From: Methanocella sp.
GTDB lineage: Archaea > Halobacteriota > Methanocellia > Methanocellales > Methanocellaceae
Reading direction: 5' to 3'
Assembly: GCA_035319305.1 (NCBI GenBank)
Contig: DATHCY010000249.1
Location: 1-44,206 of the forward strand
Length of the DNA stretch: 44,206 nucleotides
Below, one piece after another: positions 8,979 through 18,173 of the stretch (its first letter is position 1; each line of letters opens with the position of its first letter). A program made the position numbers and the translations under genes. The notes under the pieces are model-generated. The model was given only the letters and a program-made list of their open reading frames with translations. It made no database searches and was not told the origin of the DNA.

Positions 8979-10616
8979 ATGAAGCGTTCTGCATATGAGC
9001 AGTTGGTAAAAAAGGTTGATTGGACACGGCTTCCTGGAGCGTGTGGTGTATCTTTTCCGGTGGCGGATCATTTGCTGGCTGCATCATCTAATGACGAAAA
9101 CACGGCTGGTGAGGCGGTGGGTGAGTTGATCGGGCATATGTGTCATCAGGGTGTTCTTGAGGATGGAGCGCCAGCAGTTGTTACCCTGCTCCTGCAATCA
9201 ACTGAGATCGATGAAGAGATCCAGCGATGGATTCCCTTGTCAGGAGTCGAAAGGATGGCTAATGTGGCTGGAAGGGTAAGGCATCAGTTTGGATTTTTGC
9301 CAGGGCGTTCACCATTTGGTGGAAAGTACCAGCTTGAGGGAATCAAAGATATTGTGACTCAGGGATCATACGAAGCGCTTTCCGAACATCTACTTGATTC
9401 TGTACGTAAGGCATCGCCTCATCTGTGCAAACTTCTTTTGGATGATGATTCCAGAACTCGGGCATACTCAGTTCGGCTGCTTGGGATATGTGGGCGTGAA
9501 GATTCATTTATCACAGATATACTGGCACAAGCTATAGATCAGGAAGTGTCTGAGTCCGTACGTGCAGGTATTCTTCTTTCCTTGTCGTGCCGTGCTGTCT
9601 GCTCAGGTCAAATCTGTCCTCGTTTATTGGAAAGTGTTCAGCATGCTCTAAACTCTGATGGTGCTATTGAGCATGCTAGTGCTATTGTGGCTTCGTTGCT
9701 CACCAAACCAAGCGAGATTCTCGCCAATCATCTTGGGGTCGTCCGGGAAGCGCTTCTCTTTGAGGGGGAGATTGATTTCCTCACGTTTCCTTGGGAAAAC
9801 GGTCAACTAGTTGGTCTTGTTGCAGAAGCGCTCTCCAAAAAAGCTGCACCTGAGGAACTTGTTGCTGAGGTACTGATGCATGCACTCGAGCATTGGGACT
9901 TCAGGCATGATTCGGAGCCACGAATGGTGGAGTGGCGAGAGGAGGACTTGATATTGACATGGCTCGTGTTTCGCGTGTTTGCCGGCCATCGGGGACGCAG
10001 GGATTACCTTGAACGGGATGAACTCTCCCCTCTTCAGCGTACCGTTCTGGCACGGGTTTCGCGGCTGATGAGCCTCGATACTCGCTCATTCACCGAAGTT
10101 GGGATTCGCAACCTGCGGAGCGACGCCGACAGGCTCATTGGATTATCATCGGGAGGTTTAGATGAGCGTCTTGATGGAATATGGGAGAGTCGCAGAGTTT
10201 GCTGGCCGCTCTGGAAATGGTGGCATCAGGCGTTAATCGCAGATCATCATTGGGACGGTCGTTTCATGTCTGTCGCTCGAGACCATGTCATCGCCAAGAT
10301 GAAACGCGATTTATCGCCCCGGGCAATATTCTTTGCCGCAGAAGACGCTGTCTCTGGCGCATATGATGTTCCGCACGCGCCTCTTGTACGACTGGTCGCT
10401 GATGTGGCTGAGAGCATTCCCGATCTTCTGGAGCAATACGTCAACGATATTGGTCCTGAGCCGAATGGTGCACAAGCCGCCCTAGCAGTGGTTCCTTCGC
10501 TGGCACTTGCGGCCAGCCGCGATGTGTCATGGCTCGATCATATCCGTGCATGGACTGAGATAGTCACCCCTGCAGATCTAAAAACTGAAGCGTTCGATCT
10601 GGCACATCAATTGTGA
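8979..10616 (+). CDS. HEAT/ARM-like repeat protein of bacterial type
   Basis: 545-aa ORF with N-terminal VDWTRLPGACG...HMCHQG...APAVVTLL motif and LLLDDDSRTRAYSVRLLG helical repeats; codon usage unlike the flanking core genes. Confidence 0.7.
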   Translation: MKRSAYEQLVKKVDWTRLPGACGVSFPVADHLLAASSNDENTAGEAVGELIGHMCHQGVLEDGAPAVVTLLLQSTEIDEEIQRWIPLSGVERMANVAGRVRHQFGFLPGRSPFGGKYQLEGIKDIVTQGSYEALSEHLLDSVRKASPHLCKLLLDDDSRTRAYSVRLLGICGREDSFITDILAQAIDQEVSESVRAGILLSLSCRAVCSGQICPRLLESVQHALNSDGAIEHASAIVASLLTKPSEILANHLGVVREALLFEGEIDFLTFPWENGQLVGLVAEALSKKAAPEELVAEVLMHALEHWDFRHDSEPRMVEWREEDLILTWLVFRVFAGHRGRRDYLERDELSPLQRTVLARVSRLMSLDTRSFTEVGIRNLRSDADRLIGLSSGGLDERLDGIWESRRVCWPLWKWWHQALIADHHWDGRFMSVARDHVIAKMKRDLSPRAIFFAAEDAVSGAYDVPHAPLVRLVADVAESIPDLLEQYVNDIGPEPNGAQAALAVVPSLALAASRDVSWLDHIRAWTEIVTPADLKTEAFDLAHQL

Positions 10617-10648
10617 TGTGTCAGTAAAAATTCATTTATGGTGATGAT

Positions 10649-10715
10649 GCCAACTGCCAACGATTAAAATCTTTGGCTTGCGTTTCCAAATTTCGTACTA
10701 TCATACGCCTTTATA
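10649..10715 (-). mobile_element. IS200/IS605 family A right-end/omegaRNA remnant
   Basis: GCCAACTGCCAACGATTAAAATCTTTGGCTTGCGTTTCCAAATTTCGTACTATCATACGCC, a direct repeat of 4161-4220. Confidence 0.72.
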
Positions 10716-10730
10716 TTTTAACTGGGCAGG

Positions 10731-10907
10731 TTATACGTCCTGCCTGTCGCTTATTTTCTCTAAAATTATCTGGTATAACATTAGATCGTTTACCGATTCT
10801 ACGGCCTCATCAGACTCTGGATCCAGTATTTTTAATCTTTCTGAAAGATGATCCATCGTTACTTTTACTGAGTATCTGATCAAACGTAGCTCTATTACAC
10901 TAAACAT
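10731..10907 (-). CDS. Small acidic helical protein, 58 aa (absent from ORF track)
   Basis: GAGAGGTGA RBS 6 nt before ATG; MFSVIELRLIRYSVKVTMDHLSERLKILDPESDEAVESVNDLMLYQIILEKISDRQDV*. Confidence 0.65.
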   Translation of the reverse strand: MFSVIELRLIRYSVKVTMDHLSERLKILDPESDEAVESVNDLMLYQIILEKISDRQDV

Positions 10908-11084
10908 CGCTTGTCACCTCTCTGTGCTATATGATGCGAAGACGATCAACATACTCCTCATCAAAAATTAGACGAAAGGCGGAAGCAACACTACAGTGGC
11001 GTCCGTCTGCGCATCGTTATCGGCATTATCGACCCTTTGCCCTAAGGCCCTAAGTTGTTACGACCTTTGACCTCTTCTCCCCGG

Positions 11085-11495
11085 TTATAGTTGCTTTCCG
11101 GCGTTCGGTCCGGGGCTCTGGTTGAGCACCTCGACGGGTTCTAGCACCCAGACGGATGACGCTTTCATGCCTCTGGCATTGAGCTTTTCGGCCATTGCAT
11201 CAAAGATCGGTCCGGAGGTCACGGAGGTCTTAGGCTTGCACCGAACCTGATATGCTTCCCCTCCTTTAACAGCGAGTGCTGATACTGTCGTGCCCTTCTT
11301 CAGGGCCGTCTCTAGGTTGGCATGAGTTTCATTCGCTATGATTTTAGCGAAGATCACCATGTCCGGTGTTGGCGCGGTCAGCGAGCCTAGTGGGACTGCA
11401 TGAAGCATGCCATTGGCCGACTGGGTGGCCAGAACCTTTACTGATTGCGGATCGTTGAAGAGATCCTGCACATTTTTGGGTAGCTGTTTCATCAT
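11085..11495 (-). CDS. Pyridoxamine 5'-phosphate oxidase-like FMN-binding split-barrel protein
   Basis: KVLATQSANGMLHAVP...THANLE...AYQVRC..TSGPIFD...EVLNQSPGPNAGKQL; GGTGA RBS before MMKQ. Confidence 0.8.
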   Translation of the reverse strand: MMKQLPKNVQDLFNDPQSVKVLATQSANGMLHAVPLGSLTAPTPDMVIFAKIIANETHANLETALKKGTTVSALAVKGGEAYQVRCKPKTSVTSGPIFDAMAEKLNARGMKASSVWVLEPVEVLNQSPGPNAGKQL

Positions 11496-11539
11496 AACAT
11501 CACCATATAATGATAGTATAATGATAGGTTTCCAGATGA

Positions 11540-12046
11540 TCACTTAAGGTTATTCACCGCTTGCTTAGGCAGTATCGTTGGTGCTATGCTTGATACGTAG
11601 CGCTTGGTGTGGGGACAGGCTGCAATGCAGAAATCGTAGATACGGGCGTACGCTGCTGTGATGTCGAGTTTTTCGCTTAAGCTGTATACCTGTCCGTAGC
11701 AGGCTATCGGGTCGATCAGCAGGTTCCTGCTGTTGATAGGGTCGGTCCTGCTGGCTGCAAGGTCCCATTCCTGGCCGGTGATCGTCTTTGTCGGGCAGGC
11801 GGAGACGCATTCTCGGCATTCGCCGCACTTGGATGCTTCGATCGGGGTGCCGCAGTCGAGAGGGGCGTCAGTGAGGATGGTGCTGAATCGGATGGCGGGT
11901 CCGTATTCTTTAGTGACCAGCATCGCTTGTTTGCCGATCCATCCGAGTCCGGCTCTGGTGGCGGCGGTTTTGTGCTGGAACGGGGCGCTTATCGTGGTGA
12001 GATCGACGTCTGATGTCAGGTAGGTCAGCAGCGGGACGGCGCTGTG
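11540..12046 (-). pseudogene. Epoxyqueuosine reductase (QueG)-like 4Fe-4S protein, 5'-truncated
   Basis: In-frame FQHKTAATRAGLGWIGKQAMLVTKEYGPAIRFSTILTDAPL and CGECRECVSACP. Second motif reads YDFCIAACP (Cys lost). Stop at 12056-12058 with no N-terminal domain. Confidence 0.75.
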
Positions 12047-12379
12047 GTCGAAAAGCTATCTTCGTACAGGAAGAGTATCGCTGCTCGGGTTGTGGATGAC
12101 TATATTCGGGAACTGTCGGATGATATGGTGATCGCGTTCATTGTGAGTCCACTGTCGCACAAAGCGCGGTTCAGGATGATGAAAAGCCTCTCCCTGGGCA
12201 GCATGTCCTACAAGGATCTTTCTGAAGCCACTGGGTATAGTGGAGGCCGTCTGATCTACCATCTGAATATGCTCACTAGCGCCGGTTTGGTCGTCAAAAA
12301 CGACGCGGCTAGCAGGTACTCTATCACTGAAAAGGGCGTTGGTGTGGTGGATCTTGTGAAGATGCTGTATTTTAGATGA
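12044..12379 (+). pseudogene. 5'-truncated paralogue of the 2025-2822 ArsR-type regulator
   Basis: ELSDDMVIAFIVSPLSHKARFRMMKSL...GYSGGRLIYHLN...YSITEKG aligns only to the C-terminal ~110 aa of the upstream paralogue. Confidence 0.72.
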
Positions 12380-12423
12380 GCGGCACAGGTATTTTATCTA
12401 ATTAGCACCGTTAAACTTATGGT

Positions 12424-13062
12424 ATGACAACTCTGCAGACTCACCGGTTCACCTGCCCGCTCTGCGGCAATATGTTCGATTCGACGATCATCACGTCTAC
12501 GAATACTACAGGCCCGATGCATTCGGATATGTACCGGGAAGCCTCCGGGGCGCAGCCGATCTGCTTCTTCACCCACACCTGTAATAACTGTGGGTACTCC
12601 GGTTTTGACGGGGACTTTCAGCCTCAGCCGTTCAGCACTGAGTTCCGGCGGCGTGTGACCGAGAATATTACGCCTGAGGTCAGGGCGAGGCAGATCAGCA
12701 CTAATGGACACTATTATTTGGTCGCCCTCTGTGCAGAGTGGCAGAGGGCCCCGGCGTTGGGGTTGGGTCGTATATATCATATGGGGGCTTGGTGCCACCG
12801 ATCCCGAAACGAGCCGGAAAAGGAGAAGTTTTACCTGGATAAGGCTGCGGAGTATTTTGAGAGAGGCATTGCGTCGGGAGAGTCCTCGGAGAGCAGGGCG
12901 ATGTATACCTACATCGTTGGGGATATTCATCGGCGGTTAGGAGATCGGGAGAAGGCTGTGGAGTGGTATAGGAAAGCTATTGAGGCGGTTAAATTTGGTG
13001 GCGATTCGAAGATCGGGGAGATGGCCGAAAAGCAGATCTCCGATCCGAAAGATATCCTTTAG
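12424..13062 (+). CDS. DUF2225-like protein (Zn-finger + TPR-like helices)
   Basis: CPLCG...CNNCGY; AWCHR; YIVGDIHRRLGDREKAVEWY. Confidence 0.8.
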   Translation: MTTLQTHRFTCPLCGNMFDSTIITSTNTTGPMHSDMYREASGAQPICFFTHTCNNCGYSGFDGDFQPQPFSTEFRRRVTENITPEVRARQISTNGHYYLVALCAEWQRAPALGLGRIYHMGAWCHRSRNEPEKEKFYLDKAAEYFERGIASGESSESRAMYTYIVGDIHRRLGDREKAVEWYRKAIEAVKFGGDSKIGEMAEKQISDPKDIL

Positions 13063-13228
13063 GTAGCTAGGGCTCTGGGTAACGAATCTCAGGCTTTGCT
13101 GTGGGAGTGGTTATCTGAAGCCCGCCAGTATCGTCGGGGAGGTGCCCGAAGAGCGGGTACGGCGATAAGTTTATGTAATGCGGCCTCCATTATGTGGAAC
13201 GCAATATCACTTCCGCGCCTTTTATCAT

Positions 13229-13300
13229 GCCCCGATAGGGTAGTGGATATCCTTGGAGCCTGCGGAGCTCTAGACCTGGGTTCGAATCCCAGTCGGGGCG
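13229..13300 (+). tRNA. tRNA-Arg (anticodon GCG)
   Basis: Acceptor GCCCCGA/TCGGGGC, D-arm AGGGTAGTGGATATCCT, anticodon arm GGAGC-CTGCGGA-GCTCT, T-arm CTGGG-TTCGAAT-CCCAG; no intron and no encoded CCA. Confidence 0.96.
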
Positions 13301-13557
13301 CTTCTGGACAATCCTCATCTATTATATATATTCATAAATATAATTATGTAATTATATTTATAATGTGGTCGACGTAGGACGATACGCAAAATCGGCATAC
13401 TGTAAGGCAATAACATTATTATACGCGGATTTTGCCAGAAATCTATATGACATCAGCGATACTCTCACATTTTTTCCGCGTTCGGTCATCAGAGGTTTAA
13501 AGAGCATAAGGATACACGTATCCATAATAATCCGCCAGATCGGAGAAGGAAAAAGCC

Positions 13558-13974
13558 ATGATGACACAATTTGCTACCACTCCAAGAACTATGTTTACAT
13601 ACAACATAACAGAAAATATCCGCAAACAACTGAAATCCGACGTAAAGGACGTAGAGAGCATCAAAGTAGTGAAGTTCTCAGACCGGCTCAATACTAGGGG
13701 CGTATATGTTTGCACTGGAGGAGACGATATACTCGAAGAGATCGCGCCAACTCCATTGCAGGCCTGCGGGCTCGTGACGATCATGGACGGCAAGTTCGTC
13801 CTGATTGAGAGCGGCGGAGAAACCACGTTGCACTTTACCAATGCCCCGTCAGAGGAAGAGGTCATTGATGAAGTATATATGCTTTCTGAGGATAACGGGC
13901 TTGCGGATGGTATTAGACGCTACAAGTCCATTGTCAAGAAGCTTGACCCGTTCAGCAAGGAAATGCTGGCATGA
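13558..13974 (+). CDS. Hypothetical protein
   Basis: 138-aa ORF with native codon usage and purine-rich upstream; no motif recognised. Confidence 0.7.
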   Translation: MMTQFATTPRTMFTYNITENIRKQLKSDVKDVESIKVVKFSDRLNTRGVYVCTGGDDILEEIAPTPLQACGLVTIMDGKFVLIESGGETTLHFTNAPSEEEVIDEVYMLSEDNGLADGIRRYKSIVKKLDPFSKEMLA

Positions 13975-14171
13975 ATGAGCAGATTCCCAACCGTAACCGT
14001 TACCCGGTTGCAAAGCCCGGCCGAAGCTCCCGTACGCGCGAAAAACCTGCAGAAGAACGAACGCTGTACTGATCTGCCCGGCCGGGCTACCATTTAACTG
14101 TCCTCTTCTATTATCTCTAGTTTTACGGCACCATAAACACTTTAATCCTTCTGTATGCATATCGTAATATT

Positions 14172-14837
14172 ATGAAGGTCACAGGTGTCATTGGCAGCCC
14201 CCGAGGCAAAAAGAGCTCCACGCTGAGGCTGATGGAGGCAGCGGTGGAGGGAGCCAGCCAAGCAGGGGCGGCAGTCGAAATCATCGACATCACCAAGCTA
14301 CGCATCAACTTTTGCAAGGGCTGCGGCACCTGTTATAACCAGGGAAAATGTGATCAGGACGATGACTTTTCCTATGTGATGGACAAACTGATCCGCTCAG
14401 AGGGCATTATCTTCGGCAGCCCATCCTACATAGATAGCGTTACCGGACAGATGAAGACAATGATCGATCGCATGAGCGACGTTGTCCACTGTCAGCAGTT
14501 CAGCGGCAAGTACGGCATGTCTATATGTACTACCGGAAGCAGCGGTGCAGAGCTAGTCGTCTCTTACATGAACAATTTTCTGATTGGATGCGGCGCTACA
14601 GTGGTCGGCGGGGCCTCAGCTGCCATCGGCCAGAAGCCAGGGTCAATCAACGACGCGGCAGAAAAATCATACCTCCTGGGCAAGGACCTAATAGCCGCCT
14701 TCAACGAATCTAGAACATACCCCGAGCAAGAGGCCGTACATAGAAAAAACAGGGAAGTATTCGGCGAAAGCGTCCGCGCGAACAAGGAGAAATGGGCCCA
14801 CGACTACTTGTACTGGGTTCAGAAAGGATGGGTCTGA
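14172..14837 (+). CDS. Iron-sulfur flavoprotein (Isf)/NADPH-dependent FMN reductase family
   Basis: GSPRGKKSST, CKGCGTCYNQGKC (CX2CX2CX5C), GSPSY and MKTMIDR. Confidence 0.9.
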   Translation: MKVTGVIGSPRGKKSSTLRLMEAAVEGASQAGAAVEIIDITKLRINFCKGCGTCYNQGKCDQDDDFSYVMDKLIRSEGIIFGSPSYIDSVTGQMKTMIDRMSDVVHCQQFSGKYGMSICTTGSSGAELVVSYMNNFLIGCGATVVGGASAAIGQKPGSINDAAEKSYLLGKDLIAAFNESRTYPEQEAVHRKNREVFGESVRANKEKWAHDYLYWVQKGWV

Positions 14838-14934
14838 TCCTTCTTGCTGTGTCTATATTAAATAACAGATATCTCACACTATAATCTCCAAATCAAAAAC
14901 ATAAAACGCCCTACTATCTGGCGACAGGCGATAT

Positions 14935-15060
14935 GTCAACCACCAACGATTAAAGTTAGCTTATCATCCAGATTTCGTGCCGCCATACGCCTTGTAGAGT
15001 TGAGGGGCGGCTCCCACGGCTTTAACCGTGTGCTTCCCCCGCTCCGCAGCCCCGAGGATC
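14935..15060 (-). mobile_element. Minimal (126 bp) IS200/IS605 family A element
   Basis: GTCAACCACCAACGATTAAAG...ATTTCGTGCCGCCATACGCC joined to GAGTTGAGGGGCGGCTCCCACGGCTTTAACCGTG...CCCCGAGGATC|GTGAA. Confidence 0.78.
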
Positions 15061-15070
15061 GTGAAATTTT

Positions 15071-15640
15071 TCAGGGAACAATCGATTTAAGGTATCCGAG
15101 GTATGGTGCGCGGACCTTGACCACGCCATGGATCCACTCGGGCTTGACCGGATCATCTTTGCAGATGTCGACTTCCTGGTCATAGATGCCATGGTTGTTG
15201 TCGCCGAGCGTGATGTACCCTGAATGAGGTGCTGTGACGGCTTTTCCGGTTTCCCTGTCAATGTACATGGTCTCCGACTCGTTGACCCATTTGATCACCC
15301 GGTGGATGACCATCTTGTTGGATGTATCTCCATGCGGATAATATACGATCACATCGCCGTACTCTTCGTATGTCATATACCCGGTTGAGATCGAATCGTT
15401 ATATGTATGTACTGGCGAGCGATCGATATTCTGGAGCAGTACTAAATCGCCGTTCTGCAGGTGGGGCAGCATGCTCGCCCCGCTGATTGCTGCCTCCGGC
15501 GGCCAAGTTCCTGAATAGGCGTATAGAATCAGTGCTATGACTGCAACAACTGCCAGTGAGAACGCCAGGTCCTGCATAAGCTGGTAGATGTTCGGATGGG
15601 CGGTCTTGAACTTTTTAATACGATCTGATAGGCCTGACAT
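15071..15640 (-). CDS. sec11: Signal peptidase I, S26B/Sec11 type
   Basis: TM segment, ISGASMLPHLQNGD (catalytic Ser), GDVIVY, VIHRV (His), YITLGDNN and PYLGY. Confidence 0.88.
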   Translation of the reverse strand: MSGLSDRIKKFKTAHPNIYQLMQDLAFSLAVVAVIALILYAYSGTWPPEAAISGASMLPHLQNGDLVLLQNIDRSPVHTYNDSISTGYMTYEEYGDVIVYYPHGDTSNKMVIHRVIKWVNESETMYIDRETGKAVTAPHSGYITLGDNNHGIYDQEVDICKDDPVKPEWIHGVVKVRAPYLGYLKSIVP

Positions 15641-15954
15641 GTAGATGTTCTCCGCTTATGATCGTTACGCTGGTATGATTGAGGGCTGTTAATAAATAGC
15701 TTTTTCTGATGATCCATTTGCGTGCATTTCGAAAATTGCGACCTCGCCGCTAAAGTCGACAGGCTTTTTCATCCCACGGATTCCGTCGTAAATATTTCGC
15801 GTAAGCAGGGATGTCCCTCTATAATTGAATTTTACCTCAAAAGGCACTGCTGCTAACGATCCTTAACTTCGGCCGTTAATAATTTACTCGCCATATCCAA
15901 CTTCGAAGGGGGCTGGCAGGCCATATATTTATATAATAAAAAGTTAACTATATT

Positions 15955-16611
15955 ATGGTTGGTATGGCGATGAAGGCCAAGTATCAAAGGAAAGTCCGCA
16001 TTGGCGGTACGATAGATAATGATGTCCTGGAATGGCTCATGAAAACCCGGGGAAAGGAAAAATTTTCGACACATCTGAATAGCATCCTCCGGCAGGCAAT
16101 GGATTCAGGCATTAGAAAGCAGGGCCGCTCGCTGGAAAAATTCCACGGCACGCTGAGTATCATCGAGGGCAGGATTAACAAGCTTCAGGAACGATTGAAG
16201 ACCCTGGAGGCATCTAAAGAAATTCCCGAGAAGAAACGAGGGAGAGGGCGACCCCGAAAGGTTCGAGAGGCCGAAAACGTTCGCCCGGGTAGAAAGGAAA
16301 GTTATCAGTCTGATATAAAATACAACCCACAAAACGACGTCAACTGGTTCATGAGCAACGACAGATATAAGAAGATCAAGCCGGAACCTCTGGTAAACGC
16401 GCTGAACTACGTCATCAGCAGGTTCGAGAACGGTAACAACATCACCGTGGGAATGCTAGCGGAAGGCTTCGACAGAAAATCGATCGGCGTGCCATTCCCG
16501 ACGTTTCGATTGTTCTACTTTCCCATGATCCGGGACCGGCTGATGGAGAAGAAGATCATCGAAAAAGTGGACAAACCAGGAAAGAAAGGCGTATACAAAA
16601 AACACGCGTAA
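15955..16611 (+). CDS. Basic DNA-binding protein with AT-hook
   Basis: KVRIGGTIDNDVLEWL..KFSTHLNSILRQAM (RHH-like), coiled coil, KKRGRGRPRK AT-hook and winged-helix-like C-terminus (LMEKKIIEKVDKPGKKGVY). Confidence 0.75.
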   Translation: MVGMAMKAKYQRKVRIGGTIDNDVLEWLMKTRGKEKFSTHLNSILRQAMDSGIRKQGRSLEKFHGTLSIIEGRINKLQERLKTLEASKEIPEKKRGRGRPRKVREAENVRPGRKESYQSDIKYNPQNDVNWFMSNDRYKKIKPEPLVNALNYVISRFENGNNITVGMLAEGFDRKSIGVPFPTFRLFYFPMIRDRLMEKKIIEKVDKPGKKGVYKKHA

Positions 16612-16655
16612 ATAATAGCGTAAAATAATAGTTAAGCAACAGGAAGGACGAGGGA

Positions 16656-16895
16656 TCATTCCTCCGCCCCATCACCTGACCCATCGCCGAAGCCGCCCCC
16701 CTTTTCCAGCTCTTCGCTGATCTTAATCAACTCTTCACCCAGTTTACGGGCATACCGGGGGTTGAGTTTGAAGCGGCCAATTTTCATTTCCTTTCGCACT
16801 TTGGCGATCTCAATGAACTGCTTACCATATTTATCCACGTCCATGCGAATGGTCATCTTCCACCCGCTGCCCATGCTGATATCCCTGTCATCCAT
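16656..16895 (-). CDS. Small hypothetical protein, possible PC4/PUR-like fold
   Basis: GAGGGGA RBS; beta-rich MTIRMDVDKYGKQFIEIAKV..IGRFKL followed by a helix. Confidence 0.7.
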   Translation of the reverse strand: MDDRDISMGSGWKMTIRMDVDKYGKQFIEIAKVRKEMKIGRFKLNPRYARKLGEELIKISEELEKGGGFGDGSGDGAEE

Positions 16896-17111
16896 AATCG
16901 TATCCCCTCGGTTTCGATGGTATAGGGCCCCATCAGAGGCCTATTTCATCTTCAGACGTCCGCTATACTTATCCTGGCCCCTCCAATCCGGACTGAGGCG
17001 GCGGACACGTACTATTCCGATCATATTAATAATCAGACAGCTATATTATTATATTGGCCAGAAAAGGCCTGCTCAAATATATATACTTCGACCTTGAAGT
17101 TTGGTGACGTT

Positions 17112-18173
17112 ATGATCTTTGAAAAGATTGGCACCGTCCTCACCGCTGACGAGCTGGTGGACAAGGCCTTTTCCAGGGCCGTTCGAGCAGGCCGCGGCAA
17201 GATCGGCGGCGAATATACGGATAGAAAGGAAATAGAGGAGTCGATGGTCATCACCGCGGGCAATATCCTCGGGGACAACCTTCGCAACGCAGTCAAGGAC
17301 TGGCCAAACCTCGACAAGATCGGCCCGTTCTACCGGGAACTGGCGGACGTCATCGTGGGCGTTGATGAGCTGAAAAAGAGGCTCTCCTCGATGAACTGGG
17401 CGGCGGATAAGACGAGGGAGATCTCCCGAAAGTACGTGGGCATGATCAGGAAAAGCCAGGACCCGGTTCTCCAGCGGAAACAGGCCTTCGCCCGCATGGC
17501 TTCAATCGTCTACGACGTAGATGCGGACCTGCGCTTTATCAACGATGCGAGGAACAGGCTGAGAGGCCTGCCGGACATTAAAGAGGTGCCCACGATCGTA
17601 GTAGCAGGATACCCGAACGTGGGCAAATCCAGCTTCGTGGCCGCAATCACCAGCGCCAGACCGGAGATCGCACAGTACCCATTTACCACCAAGGGAATTA
17701 TCATCGGCCACTTCGTCAAAAACCGCAACTTATACCAGGTGATCGATACCCCAGGCCTACTAGATCGACCGCTGGAGAAGCGGAATGATATCGAGCTACA
17801 AGCTATAGCAGCACTGCGGCATGTGGGCAACGTCCTGCTGTTCATCCTCGACCCAAGCGAGACCTGCGGCTTCACCCTGAATGAACAGTACCGGCTGTTG
17901 GAAGAAGTGCAGAACATCGTTCGGATGCCGGTCCTGACAGCGGCAAACAAGATCGACGTTGAACACTCAAAGGCAAATGCGGATATGCAAATGTCGACGC
18001 TCAATGGAGATGGGGTGAATGAAGTCCGGGACCAACTGGTGCAAATGCTGAAGAGCCACATGCCTCCCATACACGCGGAGCCAGAGAAGCCCGGGGAGAA
18101 TGTATCGCAACTTCCGCCCTCCAGAAAGAAGAAAAAAGTTGGGGACCAACAGCAACACAGACAGAAAAATTAG
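17112..18173 (+). CDS. NOG1-family GTPase
   Basis: GYPNVGKSS, YPFTTKG, DTPGLLDRP and NKID motifs; N-terminal helical NOG1 domain; GGTGA RBS. Confidence 0.93.
   Translation: MIFEKIGTVLTADELVDKAFSRAVRAGRGKIGGEYTDRKEIEESMVITAGNILGDNLRNAVKDWPNLDKIGPFYRELADVIVGVDELKKRLSSMNWAADKTREISRKYVGMIRKSQDPVLQRKQAFARMASIVYDVDADLRFINDARNRLRGLPDIKEVPTIVVAGYPNVGKSSFVAAITSARPEIAQYPFTTKGIIIGHFVKNRNLYQVIDTPGLLDRPLEKRNDIELQAIAALRHVGNVLLFILDPSETCGFTLNEQYRLLEEVQNIVRMPVLTAANKIDVEHSKANADMQMSTLNGDGVNEVRDQLVQMLKSHMPPIHAEPEKPGENVSQLPPSRKKKKVGDQQQHRQKN

Noticed and set aside
13229-13300. tRNA-Arg as attachment site of the island
   Set aside because: I saw no duplicate of the tRNA 3' end in the window and no integrase.
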